DNA of 64,000 nucleotides from Acidimicrobiales bacterium. GTDB taxonomy: Bacteria > Actinomycetota > Acidimicrobiia > Acidimicrobiales > Bin134. Under the pieces are notes generated by a model that was given only the letters and a program-made list of their open reading frames with translations, ran no database searches and was not told the DNA's origin. Location of the stretch: the NCBI GenBank assembly GCA_965231915.1, contig OZ246892.1, positions 1,664,897-1,728,896 on the forward strand. The letters run 5' to 3'. The translations under genes and the position numbers were made by a program. Below are positions 1 through 9,059 of the stretch, one piece after another (the stretch's first letter is position 1; each line of letters opens with the position of its first letter).

Positions 1-492
1 GTCCAAGTGGGGCTCATGGTGTTCGTCATCGGCCTGGGGCTGGGAATGACCATGCCCGTGCTGGTGTTGGTGGTGCAGAACGCCAGCCCCCATCGCGACA
101 TCGGCATGGTGAGCGCGGCCACCAATTTTGTGCGTTCGCTGGGCGGCACCATAGGGGCGGCGGTCATGGGCGCCATCTACGCTGCCGGGCTCAACTCCTC
201 CCTGGAGTCCAAGGTGACGCCTGACCAGTTGGCGACACTGCCCGATCCCGAGAAGCTGTTGGGCAGCCCCCAGCAGATCCGAGACATCCAGGATCCCTCC
301 ATCGTCGACGCCGTGCTGGAGTCCTTCTCGGTAGGGGTGCAGCGCTGCTTCACGGTGGGGGCGCCGGTTATCGCTATGGGCATTCTGGCCGCCCTGTTGA
401 TCCGACAGATCCCGCTGCGCCAACAGATCCGCTCCGAGGAGGAGCGCGCCGAGGCCGCCGCCAATCGGGAAACGCCTTCTTCTTCCCTGTGA
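1..492 (+). CDS. MFS-type efflux transporter, C-terminal part (5' end outside window)
   Basis: Frame open from base 1. Hydrophobic TM-like stretches (LMVFVIGLGLGMTMPVLVLVV, GGTIGAAVMGAIYAAGL, VGAPVIAMGILAALLI) resemble the last helices of EmrB/QacA-like MFS proteins. Stop overlaps next start (GTGA). Confidence 0.6.
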   Translation, partial: VQVGLMVFVIGLGLGMTMPVLVLVVQNASPHRDIGMVSAATNFVRSLGGTIGAAVMGAIYAAGLNSSLESKVTPDQLATLPDPEKLLGSPQQIRDIQDPSIVDAVLESFSVGVQRCFTVGAPVIAMGILAALLIRQIPLRQQIRSEEERAEAAANRETPSSSL

Positions 493-1946
493 CCAAAGCG
501 CTGATGCTCCAGGGGACGGCTTCGGGCGTCGGCAAGTCGCTGCTCACTGCTGGGCTGTGCCGCCTGTTGGCCCGCTCAGGTGTTTCCGTCGCCCCGTTCA
601 AGCCGCAGAACATGAGCAACGCCTCTGCTGCTTGTCCTTCGGGAGGCGAGATCGGCCGGGCCCAGGCCTTGCAGGCATTTGCCAGTGGCTTGGAACCGGC
701 TGTGGACATGAATCCGGTCTTGCTCAAACCCGAAGCCGACCATCGAGCTCAACTCGTGGTCTCTGGGCAGGTTCGGGGGACGCTGTTGGCCAACCGGTTT
801 CGCGAGGATCGAGCCGAGTTGTTGCCTGAGGTGCTGGCCGCCTTCGACCGTTTGAGCCAAGAACACGACTTCGTGTTGATCGAAGGGGCAGGATCACCGG
901 CGGAACCCAACTTGAGGGAAGGCGACATCGCCAACATGGGATTCGCCCAGGCGGCGAAGGCGCCGGTCTGGTTGGTGGGCGATATCGACAAGGGAGGCGT
1001 GTTTGCGTCCTTGCTAGGCACCATGGATGCGCTCGATCCGACAGATCGCCGGCTGGTCCAGGCTCTGGTCATCAATCGATTTCGGGGCGATGCCTCCCTG
1101 CTTGGCGACGCATGCGACTGGCTTACCGAGCGGACTCAGCGACCTCTGTTGGGCTGTGTGCCCTATGTTCACGATCTCGCCCTCCCGGAAGAAGATGCCC
1201 CTTATTCCTTTCTAGGGGGACGAGGCAGACATCACAGCGACGAGGCCTCTTCGAAGTTGAGGGTAGGGGGAGTCTTCTACCCGAGGGCCAGCAACACCTC
1301 CGACTTGGATCCGATTGCAGACGATCCCAGAATCGATTTCTGCTGGTTGGCCGATCCCGATTCTCTATCTGGACTCGACTTGGCGGTGCTGCCTGGCTCC
1401 AAGGCGGTGGCCGGCGATTTGTCGTGGCTTCGCCAGAACGGCTGGGTGGAGGCGCTAGAGCGCCATGTGCGCTACGGCGGTCGGGTCCTCGGTCTGTGCG
1501 GGGGATTGCAGATGCTCGGCCAGCGTATTCTCGACCCTCTTGGCATCGAGGGGCCCGCAAATACCGACGGGCTGGGTTGGCTGCCGGTGGAAGCCGAGCT
1601 CAAGCAGGAAAAACTCGTCCGCACTGTCTCCGGGCAGGCCCGGTGGCCAGATAAGTGTGAATTCGCCGGGTACGAGATTCGCCACGGCGAGAGCCCGCAA
1701 GATCCGATGCTCTATCCCTTCGCCGCCCGGTCGGAGGACGGCCGGGTGATGGGAACCTATGTGCACGGGCTCTTCGACCTAGCCGAATATCGCCACGCAG
1801 TGCTGGAGGAGTGGCTGGGATGGAAGGCAGACCCCGGTGAGGACCAGCAGGGCCGTTGGTTGCGCGACTTGGACCGGCTGGCCGACTCCCTACGCGAGAG
1901 CCTTGATCTCCGTATGCTTGAGGAGCAGGTTGGAAGGCTGTCCTGA
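489..1946 (+). CDS. cobQ: Cobyric acid synthase
   Basis: 485 aa. N-terminal nucleotide loop GTASGVGKS, CobQ/DTBS-like domain, C-terminal glutamine amidotransferase with GLCGGLQMLG and YVHGLF. Confidence 0.85.
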   Translation: MTKALMLQGTASGVGKSLLTAGLCRLLARSGVSVAPFKPQNMSNASAACPSGGEIGRAQALQAFASGLEPAVDMNPVLLKPEADHRAQLVVSGQVRGTLLANRFREDRAELLPEVLAAFDRLSQEHDFVLIEGAGSPAEPNLREGDIANMGFAQAAKAPVWLVGDIDKGGVFASLLGTMDALDPTDRRLVQALVINRFRGDASLLGDACDWLTERTQRPLLGCVPYVHDLALPEEDAPYSFLGGRGRHHSDEASSKLRVGGVFYPRASNTSDLDPIADDPRIDFCWLADPDSLSGLDLAVLPGSKAVAGDLSWLRQNGWVEALERHVRYGGRVLGLCGGLQMLGQRILDPLGIEGPANTDGLGWLPVEAELKQEKLVRTVSGQARWPDKCEFAGYEIRHGESPQDPMLYPFAARSEDGRVMGTYVHGLFDLAEYRHAVLEEWLGWKADPGEDQQGRWLRDLDRLADSLRESLDLRMLEEQVGRLS

Positions 1947-1965
1947 CTGCTCTGGCCACATCTCT

Positions 1966-2115
1966 CTACTTGATGGCCACCGGGTTGACGGGTGATCCCA
2001 GGCCGCCGACGAAAGGCTGGGGCGAGGCTTCCAAGAAGAAGTCGTATTGGCCGTCGTCTGCGCAGTCCGCGGCCAGTTCTTCCAAGTCCCAGTTCTGGCC
2101 CTGGGTGAGGCCCAT
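1966..2115 (-). CDS. Small hypothetical protein (49 aa)
   Basis: Internal ATG of track ORF 1966..2295. High third-position GC. Lies 50 nt downstream of the DUF2784 gene. The upstream part of the track ORF overlaps that gene. No family recognised. Confidence 0.3.
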   Translation of the reverse strand: MGLTQGQNWDLEELAADCADDGQYDFFLEASPQPFVGGLGSPVNPVAIK

Positions 2116-2164
2116 GTCCACTATAGCGGTCCGTCTGCGAGTTGGTCGGGTGCGGGACAGTGGG

Positions 2165-2539
2165 TCAGCCGGTCCGCAGTCGTAGGCGCACGATTGCGGA
2201 GTACCCCAGCCAGAATAGGCACCACACCACCACGGCGACCAGCAGAATGGTCTCGTCGCCGGGCCGCAGTCCGGGGGCGAAGAAGGGCTCCACAAAATAC
2301 TGGGAGATGAAGCCCCCTCGGTACGGTGTCTCGCCGGCGAGGCGCCAGAAATGCTTCTCCCAAACGGTGAGCGGACATGGCTGTCCGGTGAGGTTCACTA
2401 CGCCGGTGGGCACCAGCGCGACCAGATACCACTTCATCAACCGGGGCTTGCGTGCGGCCAGCGGGGCGCCCAAAATGAGGAATCCGCACAGCAGCCCGTG
2501 GGCGAGTGCGATGGCGATTGCCAGCAGCCATGCCACCAC
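2165..2539 (-). CDS. DUF2784-like small membrane protein
   Basis: 124 aa with about 4 hydrophobic helices. The central GQPCPLTVWEKHFWRLAG segment matches my memory of DUF2784. Confidence 0.55.
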   Translation of the reverse strand: MVAWLLAIAIALAHGLLCGFLILGAPLAARKPRLMKWYLVALVPTGVVNLTGQPCPLTVWEKHFWRLAGETPYRGGFISQYFVEPFFAPGLRPGDETILLVAVVVWCLFWLGYSAIVRLRLRTG

Positions 2540-2611
2540 AGCCCCACTCTATCGGCCATACCCATGACTGCTTGTCAGTACTACCGGTCACATGTGGGCT
2601 AGAACGTCGGC

Positions 2612-3367
2612 ATGGGATGTCTTGATGGACGAGTAGCGATTGTGACTGGAGCGGCCCGGGGCCAGGGCGAGGCCGAGGCCCGAAAGTTCGTTGCCGAGGG
2701 CGCATTCGTGGTGATGGGCGATGTGCTCGACGAGCAGGGGGAGGCGGTGGCTGTTGATCTGGGGGACCAGGCCGTGTACCTGCACCACGACGTGACCTCG
2801 CCCGATGACTGGGCCCAGGTGGTGGCCGCCGCGGTGGAGCGGGGACCGCTGCGGGCATTGGTGAACAACGCCGCCATTCACTGGACCGCCCCTATTGCTG
2901 ACGAGACCCCTGAGAGCCTGCGCCGAATCTGGGAAGTTAACTATCTGGGCACCTTCCTGGGCATCCAATGCGTGGCCGATCCCATGGCCGAAGCCGGGGG
3001 TGGGGGGATCGTCAACGTCTCATCTATCGCCGGCATGAACGGAATCCCCCACCACTCGGCGTATGGAGGCACCAAGTGGGCAGTGCGGGGGCTGACCAAA
3101 GTGGCGGCTGTTGAGTTGGGTCCCAGGGGGATCAGGGTGAACTCGATCCACCCCGGCCCCATCGAGACCGCCATGCTGTCGGCCGACCGCCACGGCCGCC
3201 CCGAGCTGTTCGGCCATGTGCCGCTGCGACGGGCCGGAGTGGCCGCCGAGGTGGCCGATCTGGCCTGCTATCTGGTGTCGGACGCGGCGTCGTACCAAAC
3301 GGGCCACGAGTACATCATCGACGGGGGCTCCACCGCGGGCATCCCCTTGCGAACGGAGACAACATGA
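2612..3367 (+). CDS. Short-chain dehydrogenase/reductase (SDR)
   Basis: TGAARGQGEA Rossmann loop, NNAA, S...YGGTKWAV (YxxxK) catalytic motif. 251 aa. Confidence 0.9.
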   Translation: MGCLDGRVAIVTGAARGQGEAEARKFVAEGAFVVMGDVLDEQGEAVAVDLGDQAVYLHHDVTSPDDWAQVVAAAVERGPLRALVNNAAIHWTAPIADETPESLRRIWEVNYLGTFLGIQCVADPMAEAGGGGIVNVSSIAGMNGIPHHSAYGGTKWAVRGLTKVAAVELGPRGIRVNSIHPGPIETAMLSADRHGRPELFGHVPLRRAGVAAEVADLACYLVSDAASYQTGHEYIIDGGSTAGIPLRTETT

Positions 3368-3768
3368 GCGTTGAGGGATTCGACCATCTGGCCATCACCG
3401 TGGCCGACGTTGAGGCCACCGTGGCCTTCTACGGCGAGGTACTAGGGGCCGAACCCATGTACCTAGAGGAGTTCCGGGCCGACAAGATGCCGATCGTGAT
3501 GATGCAGGTGGGGGCCAATCGCATCAACGTGCATCCCGGTGCCGCCCCGGCCTCTCCCCACGCCCGACTGCCCACCCCCGGCTCGGTAGACCTGTGCTTC
3601 CGCTGGGGCGCAACCATTGCCGAAGCCCAAGCCCACCTTGTCGAACACGGCATCGAGGTCATCGAAGGCCCCGCCCCCCGCCCCGCCAGCAACGGCGAGC
3701 GCGGCCAGTCCGTCTACTTCCGCGACCCCGACGGCAACCTCCTGGAGCTCCTCACCATAAAGGGCTGA
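3364..3768 (+). CDS. VOC/glyoxalase-family protein
   Basis: FDHLAITVADVEATVAFY ... SVYFRDPDGNLLEL, typical paired beta-alpha-beta-beta-beta VOC signature. ATGA overlap with the upstream SDR. Confidence 0.8.
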   Translation: MSVEGFDHLAITVADVEATVAFYGEVLGAEPMYLEEFRADKMPIVMMQVGANRINVHPGAAPASPHARLPTPGSVDLCFRWGATIAEAQAHLVEHGIEVIEGPAPRPASNGERGQSVYFRDPDGNLLELLTIKG

Positions 3769-3827
3769 AGAACATCGAAAAGGGTGAGAAAAAGTAGTCT
3801 AAGTGAGAATTGGCAGTGATCCGAGGT

Positions 3828-4868
3828 CTACCAAGCGCTTACGGTCTCCCGTAGGGAGGCGACGTCTAATTCCCGGTCGTGACACCACCACCAGGCGTAG
3901 CTGCGGCAGGCGGCGTCGGCAAGGTCGTAAGCGTCGGTGGCTTGCCTCAGATGGTGGACAGAGAGAAATGCCTCGGTATGGGCGTAGACGACGACCCCGA
4001 GATCCCAGCGATCTTGATCGGAGCTGGCCCACTCCCAGGCATGGGCATAGGCTGCTGCTGCGAGGCCTCTCGCCGCGGGAATGACGCTCTCGTTCCAGTC
4101 GCGCAGGGCGGCAGACACTTGGTCGACCTCCGCCACGGTCGGGTCGGGGAGATTCGGGTTGTCACGAGCAGATAGGAAGGCATGCAGCTTGGCGGTGTAT
4201 TCGTCCTGACTCACCGTCACGGCCTCAAGTGCCCCGCTCAGGGCGCGTCGGGCCGAGGCCAAGGTCAGGGGAGCGTCAGGAGGCGGCCATAGCACCGAGA
4301 CCGGAGCAGCGTGGGCCAATCCGAGGCCAGTAGAGCTGTAGGCCGAGGCATGGTGGGCGAACTCCATCACCGCGTGGCTGGCGTAATGCAGTCCTGAGGG
4401 CCAAGGGGGTCCGTTCTTGCAGGCCTCGGACAATTGAATGCTGTGGTCGTACAGAATTGGGTCTGGGGGTTCAGGCATATCGGGGTCGTTGGCGCATTCA
4501 TCAAGAGCCATGTCCCACAAGACTGGATATGCGTCACGGCACAGTTCGTCGCGCCCGAACGAGAATGCCAATCTGCCGACCATCTCTCCTAGCAGCTCCC
4601 CGGCCAAGGCCACGCTGAACTCACTGCCCGCTGTTCTCGGCTCCGTCATGCAGGCAGCTTTCGGGTCACGAATCGGAGGAGGGTAGACAGACCCTTCACC
4701 CGTCAGCGCCAGCATCTCGTCGCAGGCGTAGGCAATCTTGTCGGGCCACTCGGTCCGGCTGTAGTCGGCGAATGAAGCAGAGGCGGCTACCTTCGCAGCC
4801 TCGACCAACCACTTGGGCCGAGATGGCGAGTCAAAAACAGGGAGGATTCTTGGTGCGGTCTTAATCAT
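3828..4868 (-). CDS. Hypothetical protein (346 aa), partner of Dam-like methylase islet
   Basis: Long ORF with coding-like codon usage. No recognisable motif (no P-loop, HExxH or nuclease signature seen). Shares an upstream promoter-like motif with the methylase gene. Confidence 0.6.
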   Translation of the reverse strand: MIKTAPRILPVFDSPSRPKWLVEAAKVAASASFADYSRTEWPDKIAYACDEMLALTGEGSVYPPPIRDPKAACMTEPRTAGSEFSVALAGELLGEMVGRLAFSFGRDELCRDAYPVLWDMALDECANDPDMPEPPDPILYDHSIQLSEACKNGPPWPSGLHYASHAVMEFAHHASAYSSTGLGLAHAAPVSVLWPPPDAPLTLASARRALSGALEAVTVSQDEYTAKLHAFLSARDNPNLPDPTVAEVDQVSAALRDWNESVIPAARGLAAAAYAHAWEWASSDQDRWDLGVVVYAHTEAFLSVHHLRQATDAYDLADAACRSYAWWWCHDRELDVASLRETVSAW

Positions 4869-4874
4869 GCCCTC

Positions 4875-4901
4875 ACCATAAGCAGAGGGAGTGACAGTTT
4901 C
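4875..4901 (-). promoter_or_regulatory. Putative leaderless promoter: GAAACTGTCAC box + TATGGT (-10), 6 nt before ATG
   Basis: Minus-strand reading is GAAACTGTCAC-TCCCTCTGCT-TATGGT-GAGGGC-ATG. The same architecture recurs at 6185-6210. Confidence 0.45.
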
Positions 4902-4934
4902 TGCTGGAGCAGCCTCAGCAGCTACTCCACCACC

Positions 4935-5081
4935 TCAGAGAGGTCGGAGCCGTGATCGCAGTGCCGTCTCGAAGCTCTCTCGACTAACGGTCTCGGCGGC
5001 TTGGAGGCGTTTATGGGAGTCTTCCAGGGTGAGCACCTCCCACTCGGCAATCCCATAGCGGGTCTTCAATTCGTTGGGCAT
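4935..5081 (-). CDS. Small hypothetical protein (48 aa)
   Basis: Hand-translated ATG ORF below the track cut-off: MPNELKTRYGIAEWEVLTLEDSHKRLQAAETVSRESFETALRSRLRPL. Lies 18 nt after the methylase stop. GC-rich third positions, but no clear RBS. Confidence 0.3.
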   Translation of the reverse strand: MPNELKTRYGIAEWEVLTLEDSHKRLQAAETVSRESFETALRSRLRPL

Positions 5082-5098
5082 CGGGAGGATCGCTGGTT

Positions 5099-6178
5099 TT
5101 AATTGAAGACGGCTCGTCGGGTGATGACGAGTTCGGAGATGTGGGCGTGATGGGTGTTCTTCATGACAACTTCGACAGCATGGAATCCATACTCTGCAAT
5201 GAGTTCGGCTATCTCCGGCGAGCGGTCGTAGGTCATCAGAAAGTCCACCGGGGTCTGTGCCAGGATCTTGAAGAGTCGTCGGTGGTCCATCTGGTTGTGG
5301 CTGTATAGGCGCCTGCCCGCTCGCTTGCCGCCGGCAGTGTACGGAGGATCGATGAAGGCGACTGTGCCGGGAACCTCGGCAATGACCTCTAGGAGGGCAA
5401 GCCCATCGGCTTCACAGAAGTTGATCTGTGAAGCATGGGCTTCGATGTTTTGCAACCGGTGGATGATGGTGTCGGGATACCAGCGAGATGCAAGACCCTT
5501 GTTGTTTTCCCCCGACTTCGTTAAAGCAGCCCCAGGGGCGAGGATGCCGCCACGTCGGGTTCGGTTGAGGACCAAGGTGCGGAACCCGTGCTCTAGCAGG
5601 TCTCGAGGGGCTTGGTCGGCCAGAGTCGAAACAGACTCGCGTGTCGGTTCGAACTCGGAGACGAGGTGACACAACTCGGAGTTGTGGCGCAGCGCCGCAT
5701 GCCGGAACGCAGCCACGTCGTGGTCTAGTTCGGCCATGAAGCACTGTTCGACCAAGCTTTCGCATACCGCCGTGAGAGCAACTATGCCTCCGCCGCAGAA
5801 TGGCTCAATAAGCGCTCTTGGTCTGGGTTGCATGGGCGCGAGCCAAGCCCTTACATGGGGAATGAGCCAGGTCTTGCCGCCTGGGTACCGCAGAGGTGAG
5901 CGCTGGGGCACCGAGGCGACGTTGACGGCAGGGATAGGGGAGACAGGGAAGTCTGGGCCGTAGTCGGGCACAGTCGATTCGGTCTCGGTTGGCTCCCTGT
6001 GCGCCATCATGGCGTTCGCGGCCTTGAATGAGTCGCCCTTAGCCTTTGCACCGCCAACAAGCATGTCACGAGGGCAATCCTCGTCGGTGGACCTTCCAGG
6101 GGTGTGGCGAGCATTGCGATGTGCCTCTCGAGCCCCAGTCGAAAGCTGCATTTGTTTGATTCTCGGTTCCTTGGCCAT
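5099..6178 (-). CDS. Dam-family (D12 class) N6-adenine DNA methyltransferase with about 95-aa N-terminal extension
   Basis: PLRYPGGKTWL, EPFCGGGIVAL (FxGxG SAM loop), FIDPPYTAGG (DPPY catalytic motif). No adjacent recognisable restriction endonuclease. Confidence 0.85.
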   Translation of the reverse strand: MAKEPRIKQMQLSTGAREAHRNARHTPGRSTDEDCPRDMLVGGAKAKGDSFKAANAMMAHREPTETESTVPDYGPDFPVSPIPAVNVASVPQRSPLRYPGGKTWLIPHVRAWLAPMQPRPRALIEPFCGGGIVALTAVCESLVEQCFMAELDHDVAAFRHAALRHNSELCHLVSEFEPTRESVSTLADQAPRDLLEHGFRTLVLNRTRRGGILAPGAALTKSGENNKGLASRWYPDTIIHRLQNIEAHASQINFCEADGLALLEVIAEVPGTVAFIDPPYTAGGKRAGRRLYSHNQMDHRRLFKILAQTPVDFLMTYDRSPEIAELIAEYGFHAVEVVMKNTHHAHISELVITRRAVFN

Positions 6179-6184
6179 GACTTG

Positions 6185-6210
6185 AGAATAAGAATGGGTG
6201 TGACAGTTTC
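6185..6210 (-). promoter_or_regulatory. Putative leaderless promoter: GAAACTGTCAC box + TATTCT (-10), 6 nt before ATG
   Basis: Minus-strand reading is GAAACTGTCAC-ACCCATTCT-TATTCT-CAAGTC-ATG. Second copy of the motif seen at 4875-4901. Overlaps the stop of the upstream methyltransferase gene. Confidence 0.45.
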
Positions 6211-7030
6211 AGTCGAGAGGGCTGGCGCCGATCACCTCGCCGTTGACCCAGGCCCAGAAGCCGTCGGGCTGGGCGGCCCACTGGCGGAAGGCGTCGGAGA
6301 TATCTTGCAGTTCGGCTCGGGTGGCGAATCCGTTGTCTACCGCGTGGTCGGCGAAGTCGCTGTCGATCACTCGCACTGCCCACATCTCGCCCCAGGCGGT
6401 TCGACCCTCGTGGTCGGTGTGGGCGGTGGTGCTGGTGGTGGTTTCGGTATCGACGAAGCCGGCCTCCATTACCCACGAGAGCAGGAATCGACCGGCGTCG
6501 GCTTCCCCGCCATTGGCGGTCGCAACCTGGTGGTAGAGGTCTCGCCAGCGCTCGATGGCCGGGTAGACCGGGGCGTGGACCATGGTTTCGTAATCGGAGT
6601 CCCTCACCGCCACGATTCCGTCCGGCCGCAGTACTCGCCGGGCCTCCCGCAAGGCCCGGACCGGATCAGAGAGGTGCTGGAGCACTTGATGGGCGTATAC
6701 CACGTCGAAACGGTTGTCGTCCCACGGCAATTCGTAGACCGAGCCGACCTCAAACGATGCATTGGCTAGCCCGCACTCGGCAGCGTGGTTGCGGGCCTCC
6801 TCCACCATCTCGACCGACTTGTCCAGGCCCACCACCTTCCCGGCATGGCGGGCCAAGCCGGCGGTGATGGTGCCGGGGCCGCAGCCGACGTCGAGGACCA
6901 CGGAGTCAGTGCGCAGCCGAGGCAGCAGAAAAGCGGCGCACACTTCGGCGGTGCGCCGGGTGTACGACCCCACGATCACCCGGTGGTAGCCGTGGGTGTA
7001 CTTCTCGCCCTCGGGCGGTTGGTCAGCCAA
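6209..7030 (-). CDS. Class I SAM-dependent methyltransferase (UbiE/type 11-like)
   Basis: VLDVGCGPGTIT motif I, VVYAHQVLQHL, LRPDG. Track ORF trimmed to the TTG at 7030, which overlaps the P450 stop (TTGGCTGA). The upstream part of the track ORF overlaps the P450 coding region. Confidence 0.75.
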   Translation of the reverse strand: MADQPPEGEKYTHGYHRVIVGSYTRRTAEVCAAFLLPRLRTDSVVLDVGCGPGTITAGLARHAGKVVGLDKSVEMVEEARNHAAECGLANASFEVGSVYELPWDDNRFDVVYAHQVLQHLSDPVRALREARRVLRPDGIVAVRDSDYETMVHAPVYPAIERWRDLYHQVATANGGEADAGRFLLSWVMEAGFVDTETTTSTTAHTDHEGRTAWGEMWAVRVIDSDFADHAVDNGFATRAELQDISDAFRQWAAQPDGFWAWVNGEVIGASPLD

Positions 7031-8249
7031 CTGGTTCGGGGGCCAAGAAGGCGTCGAGGCGGTCGGGTCCGTTGGCCCAGAACACCGGGGTCTTCTTGCG
7101 GACGCAGCCGGGAGCCAGTTCGGCGGTCGCCACCCGGTCCAAGAACACCTCGAGCGCCACTCGGCCCTCGAGGCGGGCCAGGCTGGCTCCCGGACAGATG
7201 TGGGGGCCGCCGCCGAAGGCGATGTGGTCTTTGGGGCGGTCCCGATCGAGCCGGAACTCATCGGGGTCTTCGAAATAGTCCTCGTCCCGGTTGGCCGACG
7301 ACACGCCGAACACGATCTTGTCGCCAGCCTGCATTGGTGCGCCGAACACGTCGGTGTCGGCGGTGCAGTCCCGGATGAGCATGTGGGCCGGAGAGTCGAC
7401 CCGAAGGGACTCTTCCACCGCCCGCTCGCTCAGGCTGCGGTCGGCCTTGAGCGTGGAGAAGAGATCGGGGTCGCCGATGATGCGCCACAGCAGGTTGCCG
7501 ATCAGATGCCGGGTGGTCTCGTTGCCCGACATGATGAGGAAAGCCAGCTGGGTGCGGATCTCCACGTCGGTGAGCCGGTGGCCCTCGATCTCGGTGGTAA
7601 TCAGCCGGGTGACCAGGTCGTCGGGGGCCTCCTCGCTGGCCCTTCGCTCGGCGATCAGGGCGTCGATGTAGGCGCAGAACTCGGGATGGGCCCCGACCAG
7701 GCCCTCGCCCCGCTCGTTGCGGTTGGTGCGGGGGTAGTCGCCTAGCACCACCTCGTCGGTCCAGGCGTGGAACTGCTCCCAGTCCTCGGCGGGCACCCCG
7801 ATGAGGTGGGAGATCACGTTGATGGGTACCGGGGTGATGAACTCGGCCACCAACTCGCCCTGGCCTCGCTCCAAGATGGGATCGAGGTGCTGATGGCACA
7901 GATGCCGCACGAACGGCTCGGCCCGCATCGACTTGTGATGCGCCACGGTGGCGTTGATGATCCGCCGCACTTTGCCGTGGCGCGGTTCGGGGATCTCGCT
8001 GATGAGCTTCTCCTCCTCGGGCACCACCACGCCGGGATCGCGGAAGCTGGACACAAAGGTCTCCACGTCTCTGGTGGCGGCCAGCACATCGTCGAATTTG
8101 GTCAGATACCAGCCGGTGGGGGTGCGGGCCACCGGGCACTCGGACCGCAACTCGGCCAGCATGTCGATGGGCACTTCTTCGGGATAGGCGAAGGGATCGA
8201 ACGCGTTGTCCTCTTCGGTGCCAGGAAGCGGGTCGGACGTCAAGCTCAT
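7023..8249 (-). CDS. Cytochrome P450
   Basis: 408 aa. Heme-binding FGGGPHICPGASLAR, I-helix-like MSGNETT, ExxR (EESLR). Confidence 0.9.
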   Translation of the reverse strand: MSLTSDPLPGTEEDNAFDPFAYPEEVPIDMLAELRSECPVARTPTGWYLTKFDDVLAATRDVETFVSSFRDPGVVVPEEEKLISEIPEPRHGKVRRIINATVAHHKSMRAEPFVRHLCHQHLDPILERGQGELVAEFITPVPINVISHLIGVPAEDWEQFHAWTDEVVLGDYPRTNRNERGEGLVGAHPEFCAYIDALIAERRASEEAPDDLVTRLITTEIEGHRLTDVEIRTQLAFLIMSGNETTRHLIGNLLWRIIGDPDLFSTLKADRSLSERAVEESLRVDSPAHMLIRDCTADTDVFGAPMQAGDKIVFGVSSANRDEDYFEDPDEFRLDRDRPKDHIAFGGGPHICPGASLARLEGRVALEVFLDRVATAELAPGCVRKKTPVFWANGPDRLDAFLAPEPVG

Positions 8250-8303
8250 GGCCCTATGGTGCCACGTTGCCGTTAGCCGGGTTGAAGTGTCCGACAGCTC
8301 CGC

Positions 8304-8987
8304 TCACGCGGCGGCGAATACGGCGATGCGGGTCCACTGGTCGGGGTCGGTCTCGTCTGCCTCGCCGTAGATCGGCCGCAACTTGAAATCAAGCTCCGCG
8401 ATATGGCCGTCTGACCGCTGCTGCTCCAACCAGTGGTCGAAGCCGAACTCCTCGAAGTGAGCCGAGTTGATCCCCAGCACGAAGCGAGCACCGGGGCTGG
8501 CCGCCCGAAGCAGTTCTGAAATCGTCCCTGGTCCGAGGATTCCATGGGTGAACGCTCCCGAGCTAACGATGCCGGCGTAGGCGCTATCGGCCAGATCGGT
8601 CCGAGCGGTGAGGTCGGCTTCGATGAGCTGCCGGTACACAGGGCGTCCGTGGTGAGTCTTGGCCGCGGCCTCGGCCAGCATTTCCGGCGAGATGTCGATG
8701 CCGTCGATATCTGGAACGCCCAACTTGGCCAACTCGGCGCCGACCACTCCGGTTCCGCATCCCACATCCAGTACCGGCCCGCTGAGCTCAGGGAAGCTGT
8801 CGCAGAAGACCTTGACCACCTCTTGGTGGTACACGTAACCGCTGTCGACGATGAAGCCCGACTCATAGGTGGCCGCCCACGATGCGTACAGCTCGCGATT
8901 GCCCTCTGGCCCTTCGACCGCATAGGCCTTTTCGAGCGCGAGATCCCTTTTCCGAGCATCCGACCGTGCTGGCGTCTGTTTCGTCAT
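8304..8987 (-). CDS. Class I SAM-dependent methyltransferase
   Basis: VLDVGCGTGVVGAEL motif I. 227 aa. Confidence 0.8.
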   Translation of the reverse strand: MTKQTPARSDARKRDLALEKAYAVEGPEGNRELYASWAATYESGFIVDSGYVYHQEVVKVFCDSFPELSGPVLDVGCGTGVVGAELAKLGVPDIDGIDISPEMLAEAAAKTHHGRPVYRQLIEADLTARTDLADSAYAGIVSSGAFTHGILGPGTISELLRAASPGARFVLGINSAHFEEFGFDHWLEQQRSDGHIAELDFKLRPIYGEADETDPDQWTRIAVFAAA

Positions 8988-9059
8988 TCTTCATCGAAGC
9001 TAGTGGTCGCAGTGAGCACAGGCCGGATCGGCGCCAGTCGCCCGGTATTGTGCCCGGCG

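Noticed and set aside
2121-2858. Long Pro/Arg/Gly-rich ORFs antisense to, or out of frame with, annotated genes. Examples: 2121..2858-, 13374..14537-, 14621..15676-, 24532..25800-, 31807..32886-, 40209..41591-, 43548..44798-, 47435..48568-, 48962..49822-, 59106..60209-.
   Set aside because: These are typical shadow ORFs of high-GC DNA. They have biased R/P/G/A composition and no motifs, and each fully overlaps a gene with clear family signatures on the other strand or frame.
8544-9059. 5' extension of the acyl-CoA ligase ORF (the track gives 667 aa)
   Set aside because: The extension is antisense to the well-supported methyltransferase at 8304-8987 and has low-complexity composition. The ligase homology begins at MELVIGS (ATG 9060).
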